A DNA stretch of 64,000 nt, taken from the NCBI RefSeq assembly GCF_050013435.1, contig NZ_JBEKFG010000002.1, forward strand, positions 1,071-65,070. Reading direction: 5' to 3'. Positions within the stretch are counted from its first letter, which is position 1. The number at the start of each line of letters is the position of its first letter. Of the stretch, positions 1-9,255 are shown in pieces. This DNA comes from Candidatus Binatus sp. (GTDB taxonomy: Bacteria > Desulfobacterota > Binatia > Binatales > Binataceae). A program made the position numbers and the translations under genes. Below the pieces are notes generated by a model. It did not search any database. It was not told where the DNA came from and was given only the letters and a program-made list of their open reading frames with translations.

Positions 1-374
1 TTCTCCATCTCCTCGACGTTCCAGCCCGCGCCGATGCCGAAGATCACGCGGCCGCCCGAGATCATGTCGAGCGACGCCACTTCCTTGGCAAGCGTGATCG
101 GGTCGCGCTCGACCACCAGGCATACTCCGGTGCCGAGTTTGAGTTTTTTGGTTACGGCCGCCGCCGCGCCGAGCGCGACGAACGGATCGTGCGTATGCCA
201 ATACTCCTTTGGCAATTCGGTTCCGCCGGGGAAGGGCGTCTTGCGCGACGCGGGTATGTGAGTGTGCTCGGGAAAGAACATCGACTCGAAGCCGCGTTCT
301 TCAGCCGCGCGCGCAAGTTCGATCGGCTGGATTGCGTAGTCAGTCGGGAACATCGAGATTCCGAATTCGGCCAT
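1..374 (-). CDS. LLM-class (luciferase-like) F420/flavin-dependent oxidoreductase, N-terminal part; the gene runs off the left edge
   Basis: Own translation of the minus strand from the ATG at 372-374: MAEFGISMFPTDYAIQPIELARAAEERGFESMFFPEHTHIP...KLGTGVCLVVERDP...GGRVIFGIGAGWNVEEME. This is the typical N-terminal pattern of luciferase-like monooxygenase-family oxidoreductases. It is absent from the ORF track because it is truncated. Confidence 0.7.
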   Translation of the reverse strand, partial: MAEFGISMFPTDYAIQPIELARAAEERGFESMFFPEHTHIPASRKTPFPGGTELPKEYWHTHDPFVALGAAAAVTKKLKLGTGVCLVVERDPITLAKEVASLDMISGGRVIFGIGAGWNVEEME

Positions 375-477
375 GGCGATTCCTCCTGAATCAGGCGCCG
401 ACGGGTCGTCGTCCGCGCCCCGTTGCGATTTCATAGCACAACCGATCGGCGAAGCGCCCGCACACGCTGCGGCAATG

Positions 478-2475
478 CTAGTTCTGATGCTTCAGCGGCG
501 ACGCGCCGACGACGCGGAGCTTCGCGGTCGAGCCGGGAATCCGATCGCCTTTCATCGGCTCGTAGCGGCCGCCCAGATTGTCGGCCAGGAACTTCTCCAT
601 GCGGGCGGTGAAGTCGAGCCGGTTTTCGGGCCGCACGAAGCCGTGGCCTTCGTCGGTGTATAAAACGTAAACCGCGCTCGCGCGATGCTTGGCGATCGCA
701 TCGGCGATCTGCTCGGCCTCGGCCTGCTTCACGCGTGGGTCGTTTGCGCCCTGGCCGATCAGCATCGGGATTTTTATTTTGCCGGCGGAGAACAGCGGCG
801 ACGCCGTGGTCAGCAGCGCCTTGTCCCCGGGAGCGCCGGGATTCCCAACCCTGGTGAAGAAGATCGAGCGCGCGACCTCCCAATACGGCGGAAACGACTC
901 CAACAACGTAAACAGATTCGACGGGCCGCATTCGTCCACCGCGCATCGATACAGATCGGGCGTGAATGCCGCCCCGGCCAGCGCCGCGTAGCCGCCGTAC
1001 GAACCGCCGAATATCGCGACTCGCTTCGGATCGGCGATGCCCTGATCCACGGCCCACTTGACGCCGTCGCTCAGGTCGGTCTGCATTTCGAGGCCCCATT
1101 GGCGGTCGCCGGCATGCAGATACTTCTTTCCGAATCCGGTCGAGCCGCGAAAGTTTATCTGCAGCACGCCGTAACCGCGGTTCGCCAGCAGTTGGATATA
1201 GGGATTGAAGCCCCAGCTGTCGCGCGCCCACGGCCCGCCGTGCACCACGAGCACGAGCGGGAGATTCCTGGGCGGCGCGCCAAGGGGAAGAGTGAGGTAA
1301 CCGTTGATTTTCATCCCGTCGCGGGCGGCGAATTCAACCGGCTTCATCGCGGCGAGCGGCGCGTCGTCGAGTTTGGGCTGGGTGCTGAACAAAAACGTCG
1401 CTTTCCTTGCTGCGCGATCCCACGAGTAGCAGCGCGCCGGCGCACGGTCGCTTACGAACGAGACGAGCCACGTCTGGTCGGCGAGGTCGCGGTCAACGAC
1501 GGTGAAATCTCCGGTGGCGATTTTCGCGATCGCTTCGAAGTCGGCCTGAACCGACGGGTCGACGACGGTCCAGTGCATCCGGCCGGGGTCAAACGCGGCT
1601 GCCTGCACGACGTGACGGGTCGGCTGAATCATCGCGTCGCTCAGGTCCGCATCGTCGCTGTGCGCGATAACCGTTTCATGGCCCGACGCGATCTCATGGC
1701 GCACCAGGCGTGCGGTGTCCGTCCCGATCGAGCTGCTGAGAAAGATCGATCGCCCGTCCTGGCTGAAGTCCAGCGCCGCCAGGTTGTCTTCCATCGCGGC
1801 TTTCATCAACGTGCGCCACGGACCAGCCGCGCGGTCGCGAATCCGAAGCTCGGTGCCGCCGTCGGGCATCGTGACCGTGGCCGCGCGCACTATCAGGTCG
1901 TCGTCGGCAAGCCATCCCGCGACGTCGCCGGGGTTTTGGGTATCGAGTTCGACGGCGCCGGTGCGCAGATCGATTCGATAGACGTCCATCAATTTGCGAT
2001 CGCGCAGATTGAGCGCGACCAGTATCCGGCCGGGAAATTTCGGACTGGACGCGACGACCTCGGAGCGTACGCCCTGCCATGGCGTCAAATCGCGGACGTT
2101 GTGCGAATCGAGATCGACGGCGAACAGGTGGAAGTTTTCGTCGCCGGCGGCGTCCTGTGCATAGAGGATCGTTTTCGAATCGAACGCCCATCCGTAGTAT
2201 TGGATTCCACGGCTCTGGTCGGCGGTGACGACGCGCGCGTCGTGCCGGCCGACGGTTTGCACCCACACCTGCAGGATTTCGTGTTCGTCGGGAGCGAGCC
2301 ATGCCAGCCGTTTGCCGTCGGGCGCGATATGCGGATTGGCGCGCTCGGGATTGCCGAGCAGAGTGTCGCGCGGAATCAGCGGCGGCGGCTGGGCAAAGCC
2401 GGCAGGCGGGGGAATTGTCGAAGTCATCGTGAGGAGCGCAATTATCAGCGAAAACTTCTGCGCGAATCCGAACAT
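478..2475 (-). CDS. S9 family serine peptidase (prolyl oligopeptidase / acylaminoacyl-peptidase type), secreted
   Basis: 665 aa with an N-terminal signal-like segment (MFGFAQKFSLIIALLTMTS). A beta-propeller-like N-terminal half is followed by a C-terminal alpha/beta hydrolase with the nucleophile elbow GGSYGGY and a late DEGHGF His motif. Confidence 0.85.
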   Translation of the reverse strand: MFGFAQKFSLIIALLTMTSTIPPPAGFAQPPPLIPRDTLLGNPERANPHIAPDGKRLAWLAPDEHEILQVWVQTVGRHDARVVTADQSRGIQYYGWAFDSKTILYAQDAAGDENFHLFAVDLDSHNVRDLTPWQGVRSEVVASSPKFPGRILVALNLRDRKLMDVYRIDLRTGAVELDTQNPGDVAGWLADDDLIVRAATVTMPDGGTELRIRDRAAGPWRTLMKAAMEDNLAALDFSQDGRSIFLSSSIGTDTARLVRHEIASGHETVIAHSDDADLSDAMIQPTRHVVQAAAFDPGRMHWTVVDPSVQADFEAIAKIATGDFTVVDRDLADQTWLVSFVSDRAPARCYSWDRAARKATFLFSTQPKLDDAPLAAMKPVEFAARDGMKINGYLTLPLGAPPRNLPLVLVVHGGPWARDSWGFNPYIQLLANRGYGVLQINFRGSTGFGKKYLHAGDRQWGLEMQTDLSDGVKWAVDQGIADPKRVAIFGGSYGGYAALAGAAFTPDLYRCAVDECGPSNLFTLLESFPPYWEVARSIFFTRVGNPGAPGDKALLTTASPLFSAGKIKIPMLIGQGANDPRVKQAEAEQIADAIAKHRASAVYVLYTDEGHGFVRPENRLDFTARMEKFLADNLGGRYEPMKGDRIPGSTAKLRVVGASPLKHQN

Positions 2476-2656
2476 CGATCACAAGGATGACAGAAAAAAT
2501 CGCGCAATGAAGGGTGCGCAGGCATTGCCCGCACCCTCACCGGCCGGCCGTGGCGCGGCGCGTCAGGTACTTATTCGCGGCTGCGCGCTCCTAGTCGCAG
2601 GAATTGCCCTCTTATATGATCGATTCGCCGGGCGGCGAAAAAGGAGAACCCATCAA

Positions 2657-2851
2657 ATGAAGGTCGTTGTCGATCAGAAACTGTGCGAGGGGAACACGAG
2701 ATGCCAGCAGACGGCGCCGGAAGTGTTCGAGGTGCGAGACGACGACAAGAGCCATCTGTTGATCGACAATCCGCCCGAGCGCATGCGCGAAAAGGTCAAG
2801 CTTGCGGCAAAACTGTGTCCCCGCCAGGCCATCACGGTCAGCGACGACTAG
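2657..2851 (+). CDS. Small [3Fe-4S]/[4Fe-4S] ferredoxin, P450 redox partner type
   Basis: Internal ATG at 2657 preceded by AAAAGGAGAA. Product is MKVVVDQKLCEGNTRCQQTAPEVFEV...KLCPRQAITVSDD, the C-x2-x-x2-C ... CP pattern of P450-linked ferredoxins. The upstream part of track ORF 2225..2851 overlaps the peptidase start on the opposite strand and looks non-coding. Confidence 0.8.
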   Translation: MKVVVDQKLCEGNTRCQQTAPEVFEVRDDDKSHLLIDNPPERMREKVKLAAKLCPRQAITVSDD

Positions 2852-2914
2852 AGGCCCGAGAGCTCAGAATGCGGAATCGAGACGGAAATCGCGGGATCGC
2901 GGAGACACTCTTCA

Positions 2915-4174
2915 ATGGAAACTGAAAGCGCACTGTCACTGGAATCGTTGAACATCATTGGACCCGACCATTACGCGAAAAACGGCTATCCGCATCGCGA
3001 GTGGACGTATCTGCGCAAGCACAAACCGGTTTTCTGGTGCGAGTACCCCAAGACCGATCCATTTTGGGCGATCACCAAGCACGCCGACATCATTCAGATT
3101 GCCAAGCAACCGCGGCTGTTCCTCAACGGTCCGCGCTTGCTGGTGTTTGTCAACGAGATGGGGCTGGAGCGGAGTCCGACGCCGCCCTTCCGCCATCTGC
3201 TCGACATGGATCCACCGGATCATGGCGAATATCGCGCGGTGGTCAGCCGCCGTTTCACGCCGCGCGGCGTGCGTCCGCTGGGGCCTGAAATCGAGAACAT
3301 CACGCGACAGGTGCTCGACGACGTGACCGGGCGCGACAAGTGCGACTTTGTCATCGACGTATCGTCGAAGATTCCACTTGCCGTCATCGCCGAGTTGTTG
3401 GGTGTTCCGCATAAAGATTGGGAACAACTCTTCAGATGGACCAACGAGACGATCGGCGGCGGCGACCCCGAATTCCAGGCTGGAACGACCGCGCAGGAGA
3501 CGATGGATCGTTCGCGGCTGGGCCTGTTCCAGTATTTCACCGACATGGTGGTGGACCGGATGAAGCACCCGGCCGACGACATCACCAGCGTCGTTGCCAA
3601 CGGCAAGGTCAACGGCCAGCCGATCGCGCAGTTCGAAATGCTGTCGTACTATTTCCTGCTGGTGGTGGCCGGCAACGAGACCACGCGCAACGCGACCACC
3701 GGCGGTCTGCTGGCTTTCATCGAGCATCCGGAGCAGTGGCAAAAGCTCAAGCGCCATCCCGAGCTGATCGACTCGGCCGTCGAGGAGATCGTGCGCTGGA
3801 CGACACCGGTTATTCAGTTCGCGCGGACCGCGACCGAAGATACCGAGATTCGCGGCCAGAAGATCAAAGCCGGCGAATCGGTGTGCCTGTTTTATCCGTC
3901 GGCGAACCGCGATGAAGAAGTTTTCGAGCAGCCTTTCAAGTTCGACATCAGCCGCGATCCGAATCCGCATATCGCATTCGGCCTCGGGGAGCATTTCTGT
4001 CTCGGCGCGAATCTGGCGCGGCTCGAACTGAAGGTGATTTTCAGCCAGCTCGCGCAGCGCCTCGATGACGCCGAACTCGCGGGTCCCGTCGAGCGGCTGC
4101 GCTCGAGCTTCGTCGGCGGAATCAAGCACATGCCGATCCGGATGAAGATGAAGCCGGCGGCCGGCGCCGCCTGA
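2915..4174 (+). CDS. Cytochrome P450
   Basis: 419 aa with the heme-thiolate loop FGLGEHFCLGANLA, the I-helix AGNETT and the EEIVRW (ExxR) motif. It lies 63 nt downstream of the ferredoxin. Confidence 0.9.
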   Translation: METESALSLESLNIIGPDHYAKNGYPHREWTYLRKHKPVFWCEYPKTDPFWAITKHADIIQIAKQPRLFLNGPRLLVFVNEMGLERSPTPPFRHLLDMDPPDHGEYRAVVSRRFTPRGVRPLGPEIENITRQVLDDVTGRDKCDFVIDVSSKIPLAVIAELLGVPHKDWEQLFRWTNETIGGGDPEFQAGTTAQETMDRSRLGLFQYFTDMVVDRMKHPADDITSVVANGKVNGQPIAQFEMLSYYFLLVVAGNETTRNATTGGLLAFIEHPEQWQKLKRHPELIDSAVEEIVRWTTPVIQFARTATEDTEIRGQKIKAGESVCLFYPSANRDEEVFEQPFKFDISRDPNPHIAFGLGEHFCLGANLARLELKVIFSQLAQRLDDAELAGPVERLRSSFVGGIKHMPIRMKMKPAAGAA

Positions 4175-4187
4175 GGGCGGGTCCTCG

Positions 4188-4886
4188 ATGATAACTCCGC
4201 GCAGGTCCGCCGACCGCGGTCGCACCAGGATCGACTGGCTCGACAGCCGCCACACTTTCTCGTTCGGCGACTACTACGATCCCGGCCAGATGGGATTTCG
4301 CACGCTGCGCGTAATCAACGAGGATCGCGTCCGCCCCGGCGCGGGCTTTCCCACCCATGCGCATCGCGACATGGAGATCATCACCTACATTCTCGAAGGC
4401 GCGCTCGAACACAAGGACAGCCTTGGCACCGGCTCGATCATTCGACCGGGCGAAGCGCAGAGAATGAGTGCCGGGGCGGGAATCACGCACAGTGAATTCA
4501 ATCATTCGAAAGCTGACCCGGTTCATTTTCTGCAAATCTGGATCACGCCTTCCACGCGCGCAATCGCTCCGGGCTACGAGCAGCGGACCATCGACGAGGC
4601 GAAGGCGCGCGCCGGCTTCGCGACTGTAGGCTCTCCCGATGGCCGTGATCAGTCCGTGAAAATTCATCAGGACGCCGTGCTGTCGGTAGCAAAGCTCGAG
4701 CGCGGACAGACTGCCGGGACCAATCTGAAGAAGGGCCGCCATGGATGGGTGCAAGTGGCGCACGGCGAAGTCGCGGTCAACGGTGTCACGCTCGCGGACG
4801 GCGACGGCGCCGCGGTCAGCGACGAAGAGCAAGTGACGATAGTCGCCAACTCTCCCGCCGAGGTCCTGTTGTTCGATCTCGCGTGA
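4188..4886 (+). CDS. Pirin family protein (bicupin)
   Basis: 232 aa. The N-terminus RSADRGRTRIDWLDSRHTFSFGDYYDP and the metal site FPTHAHRDMEIITYILEG are characteristic of pirins. Only a 13-nt gap separates it from the P450. Confidence 0.85.
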   Translation: MITPRRSADRGRTRIDWLDSRHTFSFGDYYDPGQMGFRTLRVINEDRVRPGAGFPTHAHRDMEIITYILEGALEHKDSLGTGSIIRPGEAQRMSAGAGITHSEFNHSKADPVHFLQIWITPSTRAIAPGYEQRTIDEAKARAGFATVGSPDGRDQSVKIHQDAVLSVAKLERGQTAGTNLKKGRHGWVQVAHGEVAVNGVTLADGDGAAVSDEEQVTIVANSPAEVLLFDLA

Positions 4887-4908
4887 GTGCGCAGCGCCTC
4901 GCGAGCGC

Positions 4909-5592
4909 TCAGCCGGGGCGCGATCCCGCACGCAGGCGCGCAAGATCGTAGTCGCGCAGCTGATCGATTCTATCCACCGTGACGTCGGGCACCGGGTACC
5001 TGGCCGTCTCCTTCGCATCGGCAGCGTAGTGCCCCTGGCGGGGGAACACCGTCGTCACGCGCGCGCCCCACGCCGTCTTCACCGCGTCGAGGATTCGCGG
5101 CTTGTCGTCGATCAACACGTAATGATCGGCGGGATAGCGGGTCCGCACGTCGTCGAGCTCCTGTTCCTTGTGGATGTAAATCATCACGTTTTCATCGACG
5201 GCTTCGCGCAGTCCCGACCGCTCGATCTTGAGCGGCTGAAAGACCATGTCGCCATCGGACAGGATCGCCGTCTCGCCGTATTGTCTGAATTTTTCAATCA
5301 CGTCGAGCGAGCAGGGGAACAACCGATTCGCGAAATGGTAGTTCATCAGGAAGTACGACACGGCGATGATTCCGAAGTCGCGCGGATGATTGACCCGATA
5401 GCGTTGCAGCGCGCCGAGATAATCCGCGTAGCCGAGCTCGGTGCGCAACTGCTCAAAATATTCCCAGTAGTGCTGTTGTTGGTCGTGGCCGATGTTGCGC
5501 TCGAGATCGCGCTTCATGTCGGCAACGATGCGATCGTTGTCGATCAGGGTGTTATCGACGTCAAATAAAAAAACGACATGTTCTGCGGCCAT
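4909..5592 (-). CDS. HAD superfamily hydrolase
   Basis: DxDxT motif in MAAEHVVFLFDVDNTLIDND. I chose the internal ATG at 5592 because GGAGG lies about 8 nt upstream; the track ORF extends to 5658. Confidence 0.7.
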   Translation of the reverse strand: MAAEHVVFLFDVDNTLIDNDRIVADMKRDLERNIGHDQQQHYWEYFEQLRTELGYADYLGALQRYRVNHPRDFGIIAVSYFLMNYHFANRLFPCSLDVIEKFRQYGETAILSDGDMVFQPLKIERSGLREAVDENVMIYIHKEQELDDVRTRYPADHYVLIDDKPRILDAVKTAWGARVTTVFPRQGHYAADAKETARYPVPDVTVDRIDQLRDYDLARLRAGSRPG

Positions 5593-5771
5593 CGGCTTGA
5601 AGGTCCTCCGCCGACAATGATTGCGATTGTTGGCCTTCAAGCCAAACGGATTAGCCATCCGCTACATGACAAGCGATGAGCACGACGACCGGGGTTGGCA
5701 GGGCCTGGCTGTTCGAGTCGCGAATGAATACAGGTGGTTACGCGCGAACCGGGAGAGTCAGACGGTTGCGG

Positions 5772-6578
5772 TCATCGCTCTTCCGACTCACGCAAGACGC
5801 GGCTGATCCGCGCCATCAGTTCGCCCGAGTTAAAGGGCTTGGTGATGTAGTCATCGGCGCCGAGCGAGAAACCCTTAACCACTTCAGCTTCGTCGCGATG
5901 CGCGCTGACCAGGATTACCGGCATACTCCTGGTGGCAGAATCGCTGCGCAGAGCAGTCAGCGCTTCGAACCCATTCATATGCGGCATCGCCACGTCCATG
6001 AGCACCAGGTCGGGTTTCTTGGTACGGGCAATTTCACATGCCTGCGCACCGTCGTGCGCGACATCGCACTCGAAATTGAAGTGCTTCAGGATCGTTGAGA
6101 TCATAACGACGGTGGTCGCGTCGTCATCGGCGAGTACTACGCGCCGGGCACCGTTTCGAGCTGAAGGTTGAATCGCAGCGGCCGCAGCCTCGACGAATCT
6201 GAGAACGCGGTAGGCCCTGAGCAACAATTCGTCGGGCTGGCACGGGCGCGTCATGAAGTCGCGGTTGAGGCCGGCGATCACCGTGAATCGCGCCACCAGT
6301 TCCTGGTGTGTGCCGATGATGACCGCGGGCTTGCGGCTGCGCGCGATCATTTCGATCGGGGACGGTTGATCGCCGATGCCGATGGCCGAAGCGTTGATGA
6401 AGCAAGCATCGAAAGGAGAAAAGGAGTTGAGCCCGGGAATATTCGGCGCCGCTCCGACCACGTGGCCGATTCCACGGGCGGTTCCCAACACCGCGATGAT
6501 CGAATCCGCTTCGGGCGTTTCGAATCCCATCAAGGCGAATCTCCTGCCGGCTATCGATTGTTTAATGATCTGGTCCAT
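5772..6578 (-). CDS. Response regulator with an N-terminal degenerate receiver-like domain, a C-terminal canonical REC domain and no output domain
   Basis: The C-terminal half reads VVLADDDATTVVMISTIL...PDLVLMDVAMPHMNGFEAL...PVILVSAH...GADDYITKPF, a canonical CheY-like receiver. The N-terminal ~130 aa has a REC-like alternation but no clear acidic pocket. Confidence 0.8.
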   Translation of the reverse strand: MDQIIKQSIAGRRFALMGFETPEADSIIAVLGTARGIGHVVGAAPNIPGLNSFSPFDACFINASAIGIGDQPSPIEMIARSRKPAVIIGTHQELVARFTVIAGLNRDFMTRPCQPDELLLRAYRVLRFVEAAAAAIQPSARNGARRVVLADDDATTVVMISTILKHFNFECDVAHDGAQACEIARTKKPDLVLMDVAMPHMNGFEALTALRSDSATRSMPVILVSAHRDEAEVVKGFSLGADDYITKPFNSGELMARISRVLRESEER

Positions 6579-6941
6579 GGCGCCTCGGTCCTCCTTGCCG
6601 CCGAAAAAAGCCGAACAGTCGATCTGCCTGGTGCTAACGCACTCCCCCGGGCGCGATTGACCCTGCGCTCATACGCAACGTGCGTGCCTTGCGGCGATGA
6701 CAAGCAAAGCCTCACGTAGCGCAGAGCCGTGGCCAGACCACGTCGCGGAGCAGGCCGTACAAGGTCAATGGGTGACCGAAGCGGAGACAGCCATGTCGCA
6801 CTTTGAGACATGATGAGACACGATGGTCAAGCAGACGACGCATAGCTTTGGCGGCGGGATGGTCCTGATGGCAGCCTCGCTGGTCGCGGGCGCAATGCTC
6901 GCCTTGACACCGCCGGTCCCGTTGCGCGACACGGATACATT

Positions 6942-7679
6942 ATGAGCGAGAAAACCAGCTTCCTGAGCCCTTCGGCGCTATGGCGACGGCTGGGGTTGGC
7001 GCGGCACAACTGGCCGGGCAGATTTACGATTCTGCTCGCGGCGATTCTGCTGCTGCTGGTCGCTCAGCCGATTTTCTCGGGCCACGCCTTCGAGCAGATT
7101 CTTGCGGCCGCGACGATATCTCTTGTGCTGCTGTCCGCTCTTTACGCATTTCGCACGACCAAGACCTACTTCACGATTGCGCTGATACTGATGGTACCTT
7201 CGATCGGAAGCCGATTGGTGCTGCAATTCACGGCGAACCCAACGCTCGAGATGGCCGGCGCGATCTCTTCGTGTCTGTTCCTGACCGTGACGGTCTTTGC
7301 CCTGGTATCCAGGCTGTTCATCGTAAAGAGCGTTACCTTCGACACTATAAGCGCCGCAATTTGCGCTTACCTGCTGATGGGCGTCGCGTGGGCCTATGCT
7401 TTCGCAATCGTCGAACTGCTGCATCCCGGTTCGTTCAGCAACGCGGTTCTCCACAGTACCGCGGGAATCATGTCGCCTCTGCTCGCCTCGTTTCGCACCT
7501 TCATCTACTACAGCTTTGTGTGCCTGACGACGACGGGTTTCGGAGATATCCTGCCGGTCTCCGAGGGCGCCCGCAGCCTCTCGGTGATGGAGGCGGTATT
7601 CGGCCAGTTGTATATGGCTATTCTGATTGCGCGGCTGGTCGGTCTCGAGATCGCTCAATCGATGAAAGAGGAGCGTTAG
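6942..7679 (+). CDS. Potassium-channel-like ion channel protein
   Basis: 245 aa, multi-TM, with a pore-loop selectivity filter CLTTTGFGDILP (TxGxGD). Confidence 0.75.
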   Translation: MSEKTSFLSPSALWRRLGLARHNWPGRFTILLAAILLLLVAQPIFSGHAFEQILAAATISLVLLSALYAFRTTKTYFTIALILMVPSIGSRLVLQFTANPTLEMAGAISSCLFLTVTVFALVSRLFIVKSVTFDTISAAICAYLLMGVAWAYAFAIVELLHPGSFSNAVLHSTAGIMSPLLASFRTFIYYSFVCLTTTGFGDILPVSEGARSLSVMEAVFGQLYMAILIARLVGLEIAQSMKEER

Positions 7680-7740
7680 CCGGACGTCGCTCGAACTGCT
7701 TCGTATCGTACAGTATAGAAGCACTCCACGACCGCGTCCT

Positions 7741-8574
7741 TCATTGCGGAATCCAGATGGGAGCGGCGCTGAACAGATGGTCAACGATACCTATCTGGTA
7801 CGCGAGGAACAGGCCAAAGCCGAAACTCAGTAGTCCAGAGCCGGTGACGAGGCCTTGATGGAGCCAGGACGCTCGCCGCGACGCGACCATGAACGGCGTG
7901 GCGATTGCGGTTGTGATGAGCCCCATTCCGATGATCGTGCCGACGCAGAAAATCCCGAGGTAGAGCGTCGCCCACAGCGGCTGCGGAATCGCACTCAGGA
8001 CCAGCAACGCGATCGCGGCGCTGCCGGCGAGTCCATGGACGAGGCCCACTGCGAACGATCTCAGCAGCGGACGGCGCGCGGCGAACGGCGGCAATGTGCC
8101 GGCGGGGATGAAATGATCGTGATGCGTCGCATCGTCGCTATCTTCGTGAGCATGAACGTGAACGTGTGAATGCAGGTGCACGGCGCCGTCGTGAGCGTGC
8201 GCGTGCGCATGGACGAGCAAGCCTTCATCCTCCGATGAACTCGCGCGCATCCGAGTCGCCGCCTTGCGAATCAAGCTTGCTGCCGAGCCGACGCCGAGCA
8301 TAATCAGCACGACCGCGACCGCAAATTCCATCGCGAGTCCGAGCCGGGCCGGGATCGCAATTTTGAAAACTATGATGGCGGCGCCCACCAGCAGCACGGT
8401 CAGCGTGTGGCCGAGTCCCCATATGACACCGATCCGCGCCGCAGCGAGCAGGCGGCGTTCGCGGCTCAGAATGGTCGTGACGGCGATCACGTGATCGGGA
8501 TCGGTGGCGTGGCGCATTCCGAGCACCAGTCCAAGCAGCGCGATTGCCAGCGGCGCGGCATTAGCAGGGAGCAT
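7741..8574 (-). CDS. Ni/Co-type metal transporter-like membrane protein with a His-rich loop (RcnA / UreH-like)
   Basis: Multi-TM protein with GMRHATDPDHVIAV near the N-terminus and the central loop HAHAHAHDGAVHLHSHVHVHAHEDSDDATHHDH. I chose the ATG at 8574 (GAAGGA about 9 nt upstream) over the TTG at 8604 used by the track. Confidence 0.6.
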   Translation of the reverse strand: MLPANAAPLAIALLGLVLGMRHATDPDHVIAVTTILSRERRLLAAARIGVIWGLGHTLTVLLVGAAIIVFKIAIPARLGLAMEFAVAVVLIMLGVGSAASLIRKAATRMRASSSEDEGLLVHAHAHAHDGAVHLHSHVHVHAHEDSDDATHHDHFIPAGTLPPFAARRPLLRSFAVGLVHGLAGSAAIALLVLSAIPQPLWATLYLGIFCVGTIIGMGLITTAIATPFMVASRRASWLHQGLVTGSGLLSFGFGLFLAYQIGIVDHLFSAAPIWIPQ

Positions 8575-8764
8575 CTGGTTGGTTCCTTCAGCCGATCGAT
8601 CCAACCGACAGTACGCCCATTATTCTGGGCGAAGTGCAACGACGGCCGCCGCGCGGCTCGACGATTTCGCTGCCGGTCGGTCAAGCGCGCAATGGCGCAC
8701 AAACTCGGGCTCATCGCGGCTTAGCGGCGATTTTGACGCGATCCGCACCGTGCGAATCGGTTTG

Positions 8765-9122
8765 TGGTGGAGGCGGGGGGAATTGAACCCCCGTCCGAAG
8801 GCCTTCCGGCGACGGCCACTACACGCTTAGTCTGCGAATTTTAGCTCGCGTCCGCAACGCCCACAGACGGGCTTTGCTGACGCCAGCCGGCTGAATTTTC
8901 GGGACGCCGCCCAGCCGGTGAACTGCGGTTCCCTAGCCCACTAAATGACGCCCCGACCCGCTGCCATGGGCGAGCAGCGGCGGGACGCTAGCGGCCCTTA
9001 GGCCGCCAGAGCGTAACCGTTATTGTCTGCGGGTAAATTTCGCAGTCTGCCTGTTTTACGGGTCGACAGCACCCGGCGTGCGACCATGGCCATATTGTCT
9101 TCGTCGAATCCAGTTCGCCCCC
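8765..9122 (-). ncRNA. ssrA: tmRNA (SsrA), one-piece, 358 nt
   Basis: The minus strand reads 5' GGGGGCGAACTGGATTCGACG ... GGACGGGGGTTCAATTCCCCCCGCCTCCACCA 3'. That gives a tRNA-Ala-like acceptor with a G3:U pair, a T-arm and a CCA end. The internal tag ORF GCAGACAATAACGGTTACGCTCTGGCGGCCTAA (8998-9030) encodes ADNNGYALAA. smpB is the divergent neighbour. Confidence 0.92.
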
Positions 9123-9255
9123 ACGGATCGTGGGTTTTCGATACGAGGCCAGTCGAAACGGTTACATCATTAATCTAAGGCTCCATCGGCGCGTTCGCAA
9201 CCATGCCTTCGACCCCCTTATCTGCATCGCCGCCTGCGGATAAACTCGCCCTGCG

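Noticed and set aside
685-2490. Long antisense ORFs opposite real genes: 685..2490, 13811..15397, 25485..27221, 37561..39282, 45659..47191, 48243..49751, 49818..50843, 56603..58180, 2936..4255 and others.
   Set aside because: They are Arg/Ala/Gly/Pro-rich low-complexity translations with no recognisable motifs. Each lies exactly opposite an ORF with strong family signatures, which is typical of shadow ORFs in high-GC DNA.
8765-8800. tRNA-like T-arm and acceptor (GGTTCAATTCCCCCCGCCTCCACCA) that might be called as a tRNA or tRNA fragment.
   Set aside because: It is the 3' end of the tmRNA. The matching 5' acceptor half lies at 9102-9122.
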